A DNA stretch of 64,000 bases from Acidobacteriaceae bacterium. GTDB lineage: Bacteria > Acidobacteriota > Terriglobia > Terriglobales > Acidobacteriaceae. The stretch spans positions 110-64,109 of the forward strand of contig JASHQQ010000067.1 of the NCBI GenBank assembly GCA_030039035.1, read 5' to 3'. This document shows positions 48,980 through 59,331 of the stretch, in pieces. Position 1 is the stretch's first letter; the number at the start of each line of letters is the position of its first letter. The notes below the pieces were generated by a model. The model did not search any database. It worked only from the letters and a program-made list of their open reading frames with translations, and had not been told where the DNA came from. A program made the position numbers and the translations under genes.

Positions 48980-50077
48980 CTAACGCAGTTCCACCCGGCG
49001 CAGAACTTCGGGAATCATCTGATCCAGGGGCAGGACGCGGTCGGCCAGGCCGGCATTGACAACCGCTCCCGGCATTCCCCACACCACGCTCGACGCCTCA
49101 TCCTGGGCGAGGACGGTTGCTCCCTTTTTCCTCAGCACTTCGACACCGCGCAAACCGTCCTGCCCCATGCCGGTGAGGATCACGGTGAGAGTGGCCCCGC
49201 CGTAGGTTTCGGCGAGCGAAGCCAGCAGGGCGTCGACGGCGGGACGGCAGGAGTTGAGAGGCGGCGACTGATCGAGACGGATCGATACGGCATCGCCCGC
49301 CGCCGCGACCTTCATGTGATAGTCGCCGGGAGCGATGAAAATCCGGCCCGGCTTTACCGGCATGCCGTTGGCCGCTTCGGAAACCGGGAGCCGGCAGGTT
49401 GCGTCCAGCCTGTCGGCGAGAAACCGCGTGAACAGCGGCGGCATGTGCTGCACCACGAGCACGGGAAGCGGAAAATCGCCCGGCAGTTGGGGCAGCACCG
49501 CGCCCAGAGCGGTCGGTCCTCCGGTGGAGACGCCGATGGCCAGCGCCCGCGGCCGCGGACGCGGGCCTTGCGGAACCACCGCGGCCAACGATCCGTTTGC
49601 TGTCTTCGGCGCGGCGACGATGCCGGCGCTCCCCGGAAAGCGGAAGAACTGCCGGATCTTCGGGAGCAGTTCCTGCCGAAGCCGATCCATCGAGCGCTCG
49701 AGCGACGGTTCATTGGTGACCTTTTGCACATAGTCGTCGGCGCCCAGTGTCAGCGCTTCGAGGGTGATGGCCGCTCCGCGCTCGGTGAGCGTGCTGAGCA
49801 TGATCACGCGCAATTGGGGATACTCGCGGCGCAGGCGCCGCAGCGTTTCCAGTCCGTCCATCTCCGGCATTTCGATGTCGAGAGTAAGAACATCGGGATT
49901 GAGCTGCGGGATCCGCTGCAGGGCGATGGCGCCGTTCGATGCGGTGCCGACCACGTTCAGTTCCCCATCCTGCTCGAGGGCGTGCGTGACCAGGCGGCGA
50001 ACAACCGCGGAGTCGTCCACAACCAGAACCCGGACCCGCTCTCCGGGTTGAAGAACTCGCCTGATGGTCAACGCCAC
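48980..50077 (-). CDS. cheB: Chemotaxis methylesterase CheB (REC plus esterase domain)
   Basis: 'VLVVDDS', 'LDIEMP', 'IGVSTGGP', 'VQHMP', 'RPAVD', 'ILTGMGQDG', 'VVWGMP'. GTG start after GAGGAG. Confidence 0.96.
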   Translation of the reverse strand: MALTIRRVLQPGERVRVLVVDDSAVVRRLVTHALEQDGELNVVGTASNGAIALQRIPQLNPDVLTLDIEMPEMDGLETLRRLRREYPQLRVIMLSTLTERGAAITLEALTLGADDYVQKVTNEPSLERSMDRLRQELLPKIRQFFRFPGSAGIVAAPKTANGSLAAVVPQGPRPRPRALAIGVSTGGPTALGAVLPQLPGDFPLPVLVVQHMPPLFTRFLADRLDATCRLPVSEAANGMPVKPGRIFIAPGDYHMKVAAAGDAVSIRLDQSPPLNSCRPAVDALLASLAETYGGATLTVILTGMGQDGLRGVEVLRKKGATVLAQDEASSVVWGMPGAVVNAGLADRVLPLDQMIPEVLRRVELR

Positions 50078-50087
50078 GCCTCGCTCC

Positions 50088-50462
50088 TCAGCCTCGAACA
50101 CCGGTCATGTGGAGCTTCTCGAGAAGAATCTCCTTCGTGAAGGGCTTCATGACGTACTCGCTGGCTCCGGCCTCGAGCGCCTCGGTCATGTGATCCAGCT
50201 CCGTCTCCGTCGTGACCATCACGAAGGTGATCGACGCGAAACCCGGCCGCTGGCGCAGTTTTCTCAACAGCTCGATGCCTGTGACTTCCGGCATGTTCCA
50301 GTCGGCGAGGATCAGCTCCACCCTGATCCCTTCGCTTTCGATCATCTCCAGCGCGCGCTTCCCGTTCTCGGCCTCGACGACTTCGAATCCGATTTCCCGC
50401 AGCAGCCTGCCGATGAGCATCCGCATGGCCTTCGAATCGTCCACAACCATTGCCCTGGCCAT
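50088..50462 (-). CDS. cheY: CheY-like response regulator
   Basis: 'VVDDS', 'LADWNMP', 'MVTTE', 'YVMKPF'. SD GGAGG upstream. Confidence 0.93.
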   Translation of the reverse strand: MARAMVVDDSKAMRMLIGRLLREIGFEVVEAENGKRALEMIESEGIRVELILADWNMPEVTGIELLRKLRQRPGFASITFVMVTTETELDHMTEALEAGASEYVMKPFTKEILLEKLHMTGVRG

Positions 50463-50541
50463 GTTCCCCTCCAGGAAAAGGACAATCCGCCCATCGAACA
50501 CGGCCGGGAAACGACCGGCCGTATTTCGAAAAGGCGAACGA

Positions 50542-52788
50542 TCAGAAGGTGAACTTCGAGGTCACCATCTGCAGTTGAGACGCCATACGGCTCAGCTCCT
50601 GCGACGCTTTCTGCGTGTCGCTGGCGCCCTGGGTGGTGTTTTTGGCGGCCACGGCAACGCCGCCGATGTTCTTGGCGATGTTGCCCACCCCCTGCGCCGC
50701 CTCGGCCACGCTGCGGCCGATTTCATTGGTGGTCGCGGTCTGTTCCTCCACAGCCGAGGCGATGCTGTTGGAGATATCGTTGACCTGGTTGATGATGTTG
50801 CTGATCTCCTCGATGGCCTGAACAGCTCCGTGGGTGTCACCCTGGATGGCCTCGATCCTCTGGCTGATATCCTCGGTAGCTTTGGCGGTCTGCTTGGCAA
50901 GCTCTTTCACCTCGTTGGCCACCACCGCGAAGCCCTTGCCTGCCTCGCCGGCTCGCGCCGCTTCAATGGTGGCGTTCAGCGCGAGCAGGTTGGTCTGCTG
51001 GGCGATCGAAGTAATTACCTTGATGACATTGCCGATCTCCTGGCTGGACTCGCCGAGCTTTTTGACGGTGAGGTTGGTCGATTGCGCCACGCTGACGGCG
51101 TTCTTGGCCACCCGAGCCGACTCGTTGGCGTTCTTCGAGATCTCGCGGATCGATGCCTGCATCTCTTCGGAAGCCGATGCGACCGAGGCGACGTTGGCCG
51201 AAACCTGCTCGCTGGCCGCCGAGACCACGTTGGCCTGCGTGGCGGTCTCTTCGGCGTTGCCGGCCATCTGCTGGCTCACCGCCGTCAGCTCCTCCGAGGA
51301 AGATGCCAGCGCGGTGGCGTTCTCGGCCGTCACCTTGAGCGGCTCCACGACGACTTCGAGCATCCTGTTGATGCCCTCGATGATCTTGCGGAACTCGCCC
51401 GGATGCGCGGAGGCATTGGCGCGCGTTCCCAGCTTGCCGTCGGACGCGGCCTTGATCAGCGTCTCGGTATCGGCGATGAGAGCCTCGAGGTTCTCCATGA
51501 GCTGGATCAAGTTGGGTATCATCTCGTCCTGCTCGGAACGCTTCCCGACCTGCTTGAATTCGCGCAGCCTTCCCAAGTCGCCATTTGCAATGTGCTTTAC
51601 GGCATCGACTACGCTGCGCACTCGTTCTTCGGTCGCATTCACCGCCGTCGCGACCTCGGCGAAGACGCCGGTGTATTTCCCCTCGACGCTCCGGGTGTAA
51701 TCGTTCACCGCCATCCTCTGCAGGACCTGGTTGGCTTCCCCGAGCCCGCTCAGGCCATCAATGCAGGCGTTGATGCTTGCCGTCAACGCGGTAAAGTCGC
51801 CGCCGCAGGTTTCGGTGAGCTTGGGAGGAATCTCGCCCCGCCCGATACGATCGATGTGGCCGGCCATGGAGCGGAAGGCGCACTTCGCCGCGCTGATATC
51901 GGTGGCGAATTTGACGACCTTGAAGGGCTTGCCGTTCAGATCGAGGATGGGATTGTAGCTGGCCTGCAGCCAGACTTCCTTGCCGCCCTTGCCGATGCGC
52001 CTGTACTCGGCCGACTGATACTCGCCGCGGTTGAGCGCGGCCCAGAACTCCTTGTATTGGGCGGAGCGCCGGTACTCCTCGTCCACAAACATGCTGTGGT
52101 GACGGCCCTTGATCTCGTCGAGTGTGTAGCCCATCGTGTCGAGGAAGTTCTCGTTGGCGTCGAGGATCTTGCCGTCGAGGCTGAATTCGATGACCGCTTG
52201 CGCTTTGCGCGCGGCGGCAATCTGGCCCTCGAAGTCGGCGTTGCGCAGCTTCTGCGCGGTGACCTCGGTAGCGTATTTCACCACCTTGAAGGGCTTGCCG
52301 TTCATGTCCAGGATCGGGTTGTAGCTGGCCTGCAGCCACACCTCGCGTCCGCCTTTGCCGATGCGCTTGAATTCGTCGGCCCTGTATTCGCCGCGGTTGA
52401 GGGCGGCCCAGTTCTCCTTGTACTTCGCGGAGCGCACAAATTCCTCGTCCACGAACATGCTGTGGTGACGGCCCTTGATCTCGTCGAGCGTGTAGCCCAT
52501 CGTCTTGAGGAAGTTCTCGTTGGCGTCGAGAATGTTTCCCTCCATGTCGAATTCGATCACGGCCTGCGATCTGCGAATGGCCGCAACCTGGCCGGCATAG
52601 TCGTAAAACCGCTCGCGGTCGATCTCCTGCTCCGCGACTTTGCCCCTGTGAGCATCGGCTGAGCGGCTCCGCGAGCTGCCGTTGCCGCCCCGGTCGTGAA
52701 TGCGTTCATACTCCTCGTCCAACACTGCGGCTGCCGAAGAATCCCGGTCGGAGCGAAAGCGCCGGCCGTCATTGCCTTGCTTGTTCAT
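50542..52788 (-). CDS. Soluble methyl-accepting chemotaxis protein with two PAS domains and HAMP-like linkers
   Basis: No TM segment. Two '[27 protein letters not shown]...[11 protein letters not shown]' PAS units. Signalling hairpin '[37 protein letters not shown]'. Confidence 0.95.
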   Translation of the reverse strand: MNKQGNDGRRFRSDRDSSAAAVLDEEYERIHDRGGNGSSRSRSADAHRGKVAEQEIDRERFYDYAGQVAAIRRSQAVIEFDMEGNILDANENFLKTMGYTLDEIKGRHHSMFVDEEFVRSAKYKENWAALNRGEYRADEFKRIGKGGREVWLQASYNPILDMNGKPFKVVKYATEVTAQKLRNADFEGQIAAARKAQAVIEFSLDGKILDANENFLDTMGYTLDEIKGRHHSMFVDEEYRRSAQYKEFWAALNRGEYQSAEYRRIGKGGKEVWLQASYNPILDLNGKPFKVVKFATDISAAKCAFRSMAGHIDRIGRGEIPPKLTETCGGDFTALTASINACIDGLSGLGEANQVLQRMAVNDYTRSVEGKYTGVFAEVATAVNATEERVRSVVDAVKHIANGDLGRLREFKQVGKRSEQDEMIPNLIQLMENLEALIADTETLIKAASDGKLGTRANASAHPGEFRKIIEGINRMLEVVVEPLKVTAENATALASSSEELTAVSQQMAGNAEETATQANVVSAASEQVSANVASVASASEEMQASIREISKNANESARVAKNAVSVAQSTNLTVKKLGESSQEIGNVIKVITSIAQQTNLLALNATIEAARAGEAGKGFAVVANEVKELAKQTAKATEDISQRIEAIQGDTHGAVQAIEEISNIINQVNDISNSIASAVEEQTATTNEIGRSVAEAAQGVGNIAKNIGGVAVAAKNTTQGASDTQKASQELSRMASQLQMVTSKFTF
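51895..52620. repeat. Intragenic tandem duplication of the PAS unit (366-bp period)
   Basis: GAATTCGAT.AC at 52183 and 52549, with long near-identical stretches such as AACATGCTGTGGTGACGGCCCTTGATCTCGTCGAG in both units. Confidence 0.85.
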
Positions 52789-52905
52789 GTGCTTCTCCTG
52801 TCTCGTCCGTTGTGTTCGCTTCGCCGTCTCCGGCAGCATTTCTCTCTGATTGCATCGCGGATGAAACTGCTTCCGCATTTCGCGCGCCGCACCCTCTCGC
52901 GCCGG

Positions 52906-53385
52906 CTACGCGGCGTTCCTTTCTTCCAGGTCCATCGCCTTTTCTACGTCGAGAACCAACATCAGCCGGTCCTTGAGCTTGTACACGCCCCGGATCAGTT
53001 GGCGGGCCGCCGGATCGAGGCTTTCCGGCGGACGCTCGTAGAGCGCGCGATCCACATCGAGCACATCGCCGATTTCGTCCACCAGCAGGCTCACCGCGCC
53101 GTCCTCGCTTCCGATCACCATGTTCATCGGGCTCTGGCCCTCGGCGCGATCGGGCAGCTTGAGCATTCGCCGCATATCGATCGCGGTGACGATCTGCCCG
53201 CGCAGGTTGATCAGGCCTTCGATGACCTGGGGGGCCAGCGGCACCCGGGTCATGTGCTGGAAGAGCAAGACTTCCTGCACCCGCAGGACATCGACGCCGA
53301 AGAACAGGTTGCCGACGAAAAAGGTCGAGAATTGGCTGGCGGCTTGGGTTTCCGGGCCGATGGATGCTGTGTTTCCGTTCGACAT
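52906..53385 (-). CDS. cheW: Chemotaxis coupling protein CheW
   Basis: 'FGVDV..VQEV', 'TRVPLAP..IEGLINLRGQIVTAID', 'LLVDEIGDV'. Confidence 0.95.
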   Translation of the reverse strand: MSNGNTASIGPETQAASQFSTFFVGNLFFGVDVLRVQEVLLFQHMTRVPLAPQVIEGLINLRGQIVTAIDMRRMLKLPDRAEGQSPMNMVIGSEDGAVSLLVDEIGDVLDVDRALYERPPESLDPAARQLIRGVYKLKDRLMLVLDVEKAMDLEERNAA

Positions 53386-53388
53386 TTC

Positions 53389-55995
53389 TCATTTCTCCTG
53401 GCAGGCCAGCTCTCCGGCGTCCTGGGGATTCGGCGCGTCCGATCCCAGGCGCGCCACTGCTTCGAGAACGGCCTCCGAATCGGAGATATCGACAAGCTCC
53501 CGATAGCCCCTCGCCTGGCCGGATGCCGTCGTTGTGCGCCCGTCCAGATTCGTGAGGCCGAGAACGGGGATCCTCTGCCATTCCTGCCTGCCACGCAGGG
53601 CCGAGATCAGCTCGCCGCTCCCCTTCGGGGAAAGATCGAGCTCGGCGAGGACGACGTCGACCGGCTGCTTCTCCAGAACGCGAATCGTCCCGTCGAGATC
53701 GCCCGCTTCCACGACCCGATGACCGCCCATATCGAGGCTGCAGTGAATCAGGCTGCGCCGGAATTGGGATTTGGCCGCGACCAGAACGCGCTTGCCGGCT
53801 TCTCTTCTCCCGCGGTTGAACCACGCGCCCCCCGAGGACCGCAGAATGTGGTTGAGATCCAGAATGTCGGTGACCCGGCCGCCCAGCACCGCCGATCCCA
53901 GCAAACCCTTGCGGCTCGACTTTTCCCTGATGTCGATCGCCTCTTCCACTACATCGAGGATCTGGTCGACGACGATTCCGGCGCTGCGTTCCCCGTCGTT
54001 GAACACAACGACCTGGAGATGTCCGGCCGCCGGGGTTTCGTGGCCTTCTCCCGCGGACAACGCGTCGCGCAGGGAGATGAGCGGAAGGATGCGGCCCCGG
54101 TACTGAACCACCTGCGTGTCGCCGGCCTTTTCGATCGAGTCCTGGGAAAGCTCTTCAAGCCGCGAAACCAGCGACAGCGGAACGGCAAGGCGCTCGAACG
54201 ATCCGGTGCGGAAGAGGAGCATGCGCTGCTTGCGCTCGGCCAGGAACTCGGTTCGCTGTTCGGCGGAGCCGCGGGACTGCTCGCGGATCTCCGACAGGAC
54301 GCCGGACCGCTGGCCGATTCCGAGCACGTCGAGGATCAGGGCCACGCGGCCATCTCCCATAATCGTCGCGCCGGCATAGATGCTCAGCCCTTTCAACTGC
54401 TTGCTCAGGGGCTTGACGACGATCTCCTGGGTGTCGTTGATGCCATCGACCACCAGTCCGAACTGGCGGTCCTCGGCCTGCAGCACGATGATGTTGGTCG
54501 CATCGGCCTGGGCGCGCGACTTCAGACCCAGCACGTCGTTCAGACAGGCGATCGGCAGCAGCGTTCCCCGCCGGCGATAGACCGGCGTGCCGTGCACATG
54601 CTCGATGCGCTTGTCCGAGGAGTCGCTTTCCAGACGGATCAGCTCCAGCAGACTGACCTGGGGGATGACGAACCGCTCGCCGCCGCTGGTGATCACCAGG
54701 CCGGGAATGATCGCCAGGGTGAGCGGGATTTTCAGCTTGACCGTGGTTCCATCGCCCGGCTGGCTGACCATGTCGACGACGCCGCCGATCTTCTCGATGT
54801 GGGATTTCACCACATCCATTCCCACGCCGCGCCCTGAGACAGTGGTGACCCTTTGTGCCGTCGAGAATCCTGGTTGAAAGACCAGGTTCAGCGCTTCGCG
54901 GTCGCTTAGCTTCTCGGCCTGTTCGGGCCGCAGCATGCCTTTCTCGATCGCCTTCCGGCGCACCGAAGCGACGTCGATGCCGGCGCCGTCGTCGCTGATC
55001 TCGATGTTGACCTGTCCGCCTTCGTGGTAGGCGCGAAGCAGCAGTTTCCCGGCTGCCGGCTTGCCCACCGACGAGCGCACCTCCGGCGCCTCGATGCCGT
55101 GGTCGCAGGAATTGCGCACCAGATGGACGAGCGGGTCCTTGATGGCTTCGATGATGGTGCGGTCGAGCTCCGTCTCGGCGCCGTCCATCTCCAGCTGGAT
55201 CTGTTTTCCCAGCGCCTGGGCCATGTCGCGCACCACGCGGGGCAGCTTGTTCCAGATCACCCCGATCGGCTGCATGCGCGTCTTCATCACGCCTTCCTGC
55301 AGCTCCGAGGTGATCAGGTTCAGCCGTTGCGCGGTGGCATTCAACGCAGGATCTTCGCGCTCGGAGTTGAATTGCAGGATCTGGTTGCGCGCCAGAACCA
55401 GCTCGCCGACCAGATCCATGAGGTTGTCCAGCAATCCCACTCCCACCCGGATGTTGGCATCGGCGATGGCCGACGATCTGGTGGCATCGGTCTCCGCCCT
55501 GGCGGCTTCCACGGCGCCGGAAGGGCTTTCGTCGCTCCCGGGACCCGGCGCCGGATTTGCCGCTCCGTCTTCGGCCAATGATGCGGACGCAGGCCTGTTT
55601 TGTTTCGTATCGGATGCGTTGACGGCCGCGCGCAGGCGTTCGGTCAGGTCCTCGAACCGCTCGGTGCCTTCCTCGTTGCTCGCTTCGATCGAGGCCAAAA
55701 CCTTTCGGGTCGCGTCGACGGTCTCCAGAATCAGCGAAACAATGTGGCTGTCGAGTTCGCATTGACCGTCGCGCAGCCGGCTCAGCAGGCTTTCGGCCTG
55801 ATGCGTGATCTTTTCCAGCGTGGAGAAGGCGAGAAACCCGCAGGTGCCCTTGATCGTGTGGATGGTCCGGAAGATGCTCGTCAACAGCTCCTTGTCTTTC
55901 GGTCTTTGCTCGAGCTCGACGAGCTCCTGGTCCAGGCGCGAGAGGTTCTCGTAGCTCTCCACAATGAATTCGCGAATCACTTCCTGATCCTGCAT
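53389..55995 (-). CDS. cheA: Chemotaxis histidine kinase CheA (Hpt, dimerization, HATPase, CheW, CheW, degenerate REC)
   Basis: 'IFRTIHTIKGTCGFL', 'LMDLVGELVLARNQ', 'HLVRNSCDHGIE', 'SGRGVGMDVVK', 'IPLTLAII', two CheW-like domains. Confidence 0.96.
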   Translation of the reverse strand: MQDQEVIREFIVESYENLSRLDQELVELEQRPKDKELLTSIFRTIHTIKGTCGFLAFSTLEKITHQAESLLSRLRDGQCELDSHIVSLILETVDATRKVLASIEASNEEGTERFEDLTERLRAAVNASDTKQNRPASASLAEDGAANPAPGPGSDESPSGAVEAARAETDATRSSAIADANIRVGVGLLDNLMDLVGELVLARNQILQFNSEREDPALNATAQRLNLITSELQEGVMKTRMQPIGVIWNKLPRVVRDMAQALGKQIQLEMDGAETELDRTIIEAIKDPLVHLVRNSCDHGIEAPEVRSSVGKPAAGKLLLRAYHEGGQVNIEISDDGAGIDVASVRRKAIEKGMLRPEQAEKLSDREALNLVFQPGFSTAQRVTTVSGRGVGMDVVKSHIEKIGGVVDMVSQPGDGTTVKLKIPLTLAIIPGLVITSGGERFVIPQVSLLELIRLESDSSDKRIEHVHGTPVYRRRGTLLPIACLNDVLGLKSRAQADATNIIVLQAEDRQFGLVVDGINDTQEIVVKPLSKQLKGLSIYAGATIMGDGRVALILDVLGIGQRSGVLSEIREQSRGSAEQRTEFLAERKQRMLLFRTGSFERLAVPLSLVSRLEELSQDSIEKAGDTQVVQYRGRILPLISLRDALSAGEGHETPAAGHLQVVVFNDGERSAGIVVDQILDVVEEAIDIREKSSRKGLLGSAVLGGRVTDILDLNHILRSSGGAWFNRGRREAGKRVLVAAKSQFRRSLIHCSLDMGGHRVVEAGDLDGTIRVLEKQPVDVVLAELDLSPKGSGELISALRGRQEWQRIPVLGLTNLDGRTTTASGQARGYRELVDISDSEAVLEAVARLGSDAPNPQDAGELACQEK

Positions 55996-56110
55996 GTCCT
56001 TGCTTTCTCCAACCGGTCAGGCGCCGTCGTCGGCACAAGGGATGGTCAACGCGCGCCCTGTGGGTGTTGAATCCCGGCTTCAGGCGATCATCGGTATCGA
56101 TCCGGTTGGA

Positions 56111-56137
56111 TTATCGGCAACCGGGAGAAAAACTGTA
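56111..56137 (-). promoter_or_regulatory. Sigma28-type promoter of the che operon
   Basis: Minus strand TACA-N15-GCCGATAA (perfect -10 element). Confidence 0.7.
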
Positions 56138-56538
56138 GAAGGTCGATCGCGGGCGGCGAGCCTGTCGTCGGCTCTCTTTCATTCAGCCTTTCCCGGCCAT
56201 TCCCCTCCGCACCGCGTTGAAAAGGCAAAATGCGGAATTCCGCGCTGCGCCATCCGCCTTCGTTTCAGATGGAGCCGGCGTACATGGCATCGATCCACCT
56301 CGGCTGCCCTCCGGAGCAAGCGAGCGCGTGCAAATCCATGCCCCGCCTGCCAGCCGGCATGCCATAAAAGTCATTAAATCCGCATGTCCGGGCGCATCGG
56401 GATTGCACAGTGTTCAAGCGCATTCCGTTTCGCACGATAACGGGAGAGACGCCAGTCCCGCCCGATTCCGCGCCCGCTTCTGCGCCTGGCGCGAACGGGA
56501 AGACTGCGCTTTTTTGCAATCGGAAAGGTTGTCTGTCC

Positions 56539-58701
56539 ATGCGAGAATTGAAACCCTGGCTTGCCGGTCTGCTGATCTTGCCGGTCATGGCCGTGCCGCT
56601 CCATGCGCAATATGACAGAGGCGGAAAAGCCGTCGAGACGGAGCCCGGAGCTTCGAGTGAGAAGGCTGGAACCGGTCCCGCGACGGCGGCTCCGGCTTCC
56701 AACCCGGCCCTGAGACCAGCCGCGGCTCCAGGGGCGGCGAGTCTCTCGGCATTGGTCGATGTGCTCTTGACGAAAGACGTGCTCACGCCGGCGGAGGTCA
56801 AAGCCATCCGCAACGCGGCCCCCGCGGCCCAATTGCAGCTTCTGGTGCAAGCGCTCACGCGCAAAGGCGTACTGAACGCAGCGGACCTGGCGGGGGCGCC
56901 GACCGGAACCGGGGTCGTCACAGCCCCGACCGCGCCACCGGCCCCGGTCTCCGCCGCCGCGCCTCGCCCGAAACAGCAGGCCCCCGTGCCGCAACCCGAA
57001 CTGGCGGAACTGAAGCCGCCTTCCGCAAAAGTGGTTCCGGCGATTGTTCCCCTGCGCGTTCTTGCTCTCGACCCTCCCAAATCCGGCGGCCTGGCCGGTC
57101 TCAAGGTCGGCCCGGTCACATTTACGCCCTATGGCTTCATTAAAGGAACTGCGGAGCAGGATAGCAGTTCGCCTAATGGCGACGACTTTCCCATTCCCGC
57201 CGGTCTCATGTTGCTGCCCGGCAGCAACACCGGCCCGAATGCCGATCCCGAGTTCCATATGAAAGCGCGTCAAAGTCGCATGGGAGTGAATCTGGAGTGG
57301 CCGTCCATTTCCCGGAAGATGGTCCTCACTGGCCGCTTCGAGGCCGACTTCGAAGGCAACTTCAACGAATCGGACAACGCCGACGTCACTTCCATCCGCA
57401 ACCCCAATCTGCGCTTGCGCCTCGCTTACGCGCGCGTGGACTACGGCGCCGCGGAGAGAACAAGCCTGTACTTCGTGGGCGGACAGGACTGGACGCTCTT
57501 CGGTTCAAAGGCAATGCCGAACATGCTCGACACCACCTGGAATGCCGCCGACTACGGCGCCATCTACAACCGCTCGCCGCAGTTCCGTTTCGGCGCTGTG
57601 CAGAAGCTGGGCGGGTCCTCGCGCGATTTCAAAGTCTCGCCCGAGTTCGCGATCATGATGCCGAGTTCAGGCCAGGTGGAGAAGCTCACCTTCTGCACCC
57701 TGGCAGCCCTGGACTGTCCGCCCGCGGTCGCGCCCACCGCCGGCTTCCTCGGCCAGGTCGGCGAGGCGGAGCGCCAGGGAGCCGACTCCGACCGGCCCGA
57801 GCTGAACGCGGGACTGACGTTGCAATTCCGCCTGGACGCTGCTCCGGCCGTTGCTCCCGCGCAGTTCTTCTGGACCGGAATGTATGGACAGCGCTCTTCG
57901 ATCGTTCCCAATACCGAAGAGGATCTCATCGGCGACAAATATCCTTCCGCGCTGGTCGCGGGCACGCCGTTAGCCAAGGGATTTATCGCCGGCAGCGACA
58001 TGTACGGCAATCAGATTGGCGCGCAATTGCCCACCCGCTGGTTCACGCTGGTGGCAAGCGCCTATCGGGGCGCCGACCTGCGCGATGTGCTGGGCGGCCA
58101 GCTCACAACCAACTACACCGATACAACAAAACTGTTCCCCATTCCCCTGGTCAACGCGAACGGCGTCAATCCGGCGCCCTTCTTTCTGGGTACGGGGTTG
58201 GATAACGTAGCCGGCACGCTTTCCGGCTTCGCCGCGCTGGGTTGCGGCGTCAATCCGGGCAAGGGAGCCTGTCCCCCGGATGACGTCGTGGTTGCTCCCG
58301 AGCATGGCGTGGGCGCCTACGGCGGATTCGCCGAATTGGGCCTGCCGCTTTCGCGCTGGTTCGACGCCGATCCCAGGGGCTACAACGCGGGATGGCAACT
58401 CTATTTCCACGCCGGCAAGGATCAGCTTGTCCATCGGAACGCCGCCATGCAGCTTGGATTACTGGATGCGGCCGGCCCCAACCAGGCAGGCCAGGGACTC
58501 GGCATCCCCATGATCGGGGGCGAATTCATCGGAGCGACACTGTATTACAAGATCAACCAGTGGTGTACGTTCGGATTGGAGCCGACGCATTACGGTTCGC
58601 GCGCCATACCCGAGCTGGGCAAATTCTGGATCATTGCGGCGACGCCGTCGCGCATCTGGCAGGACCAGCGCGTGGAATTCGGACCGGTGTTCACGTTCTA
58701 G
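56539..58701 (+). CDS. Outer-membrane beta-barrel porin (DcaP-like) with Pro/Ala-rich periplasmic N-terminus
   Basis: Signal peptide, 'PYGFIK', 'ARQSRMG', 'FEADF.G', 'LRLRLAYAR', 'GQDWTLF', 'RSPQFR', C-terminal 'EFGPVFTF' ending in Phe. Confidence 0.7.
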   Translation: MRELKPWLAGLLILPVMAVPLHAQYDRGGKAVETEPGASSEKAGTGPATAAPASNPALRPAAAPGAASLSALVDVLLTKDVLTPAEVKAIRNAAPAAQLQLLVQALTRKGVLNAADLAGAPTGTGVVTAPTAPPAPVSAAAPRPKQQAPVPQPELAELKPPSAKVVPAIVPLRVLALDPPKSGGLAGLKVGPVTFTPYGFIKGTAEQDSSSPNGDDFPIPAGLMLLPGSNTGPNADPEFHMKARQSRMGVNLEWPSISRKMVLTGRFEADFEGNFNESDNADVTSIRNPNLRLRLAYARVDYGAAERTSLYFVGGQDWTLFGSKAMPNMLDTTWNAADYGAIYNRSPQFRFGAVQKLGGSSRDFKVSPEFAIMMPSSGQVEKLTFCTLAALDCPPAVAPTAGFLGQVGEAERQGADSDRPELNAGLTLQFRLDAAPAVAPAQFFWTGMYGQRSSIVPNTEEDLIGDKYPSALVAGTPLAKGFIAGSDMYGNQIGAQLPTRWFTLVASAYRGADLRDVLGGQLTTNYTDTTKLFPIPLVNANGVNPAPFFLGTGLDNVAGTLSGFAALGCGVNPGKGACPPDDVVVAPEHGVGAYGGFAELGLPLSRWFDADPRGYNAGWQLYFHAGKDQLVHRNAAMQLGLLDAAGPNQAGQGLGIPMIGGEFIGATLYYKINQWCTFGLEPTHYGSRAIPELGKFWIIAATPSRIWQDQRVEFGPVFTF

Positions 58702-58733
58702 AAAACTGCGGCTGATTCGCCGCGCTCGCTGGC

Positions 58734-59264
58734 CTATGCGGTTCGGGGCTTTGGCTGCGACAGCCCGCCGTACGCGATTGAAACTGTGAAGCGCACGTCT
58801 TCAAACCCGTAAGCGCACTGGAGCTGGAACTCGAGCGCCTGCAGATGGAGATTGTACCCGCTCCCGGAGACCACTGCGGGGACGGAGAGACCGCAACTGG
58901 CCGCCAATTCCGGCACCTTGTTGCGCCAGGCCCCGGCCACCATGTTGCAGATTTCGCCGATCCCGTCCTCCACCATTTCGTCGACCTCGGCAAAGACCAT
59001 TCCTGCCATGCGGCCGACCATCCTCATGGCGGCCCGGGCGCTGCAGCGGAGAACGCAGGCCCCGCTCAGCACTCCGCCAAGCCCGATCACGGCCGTCACG
59101 ATTCCCTGCTCGGTTTCCATCTCCGCAGCGGGCGCGTCGGCGATTCGCCGGCAATTGACCCCCAGCATCATGCCGAAGACTTCTTCAACGCCGGCATCGA
59201 GATTCTTCGCATCGCAAAGCCCAGGATGAGTTTCCTGCAGGCATTGCGGCGTTGTACATTTCAT
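58734..59264 (-). CDS. cheX: Second CheX-family phosphatase
   Basis: 'EVFGMMLG', 'TAVIGLGGVLSG', 'DGIGEICNMVAGAW', 'LSVPAVVSG'. Confidence 0.88.
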   Translation of the reverse strand: MKCTTPQCLQETHPGLCDAKNLDAGVEEVFGMMLGVNCRRIADAPAAEMETEQGIVTAVIGLGGVLSGACVLRCSARAAMRMVGRMAGMVFAEVDEMVEDGIGEICNMVAGAWRNKVPELAASCGLSVPAVVSGSGYNLHLQALEFQLQCAYGFEDVRFTVSIAYGGLSQPKPRTA

Positions 59265-59331
59265 GGTCTTCACTCCGCGGAAATGCAATGCCGCTGCGAT
59301 GGGAACCCGTTCCGCTTGCAGCGGCCTTCGT

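Noticed and set aside
56441-56500. GGAGAG...CGCCAG/CTGGCG...GAA resembling a glycine riboswitch
   Set aside because: Lacks the CCGAAG and CTCTCAGG conserved elements; only a generic GC stem.
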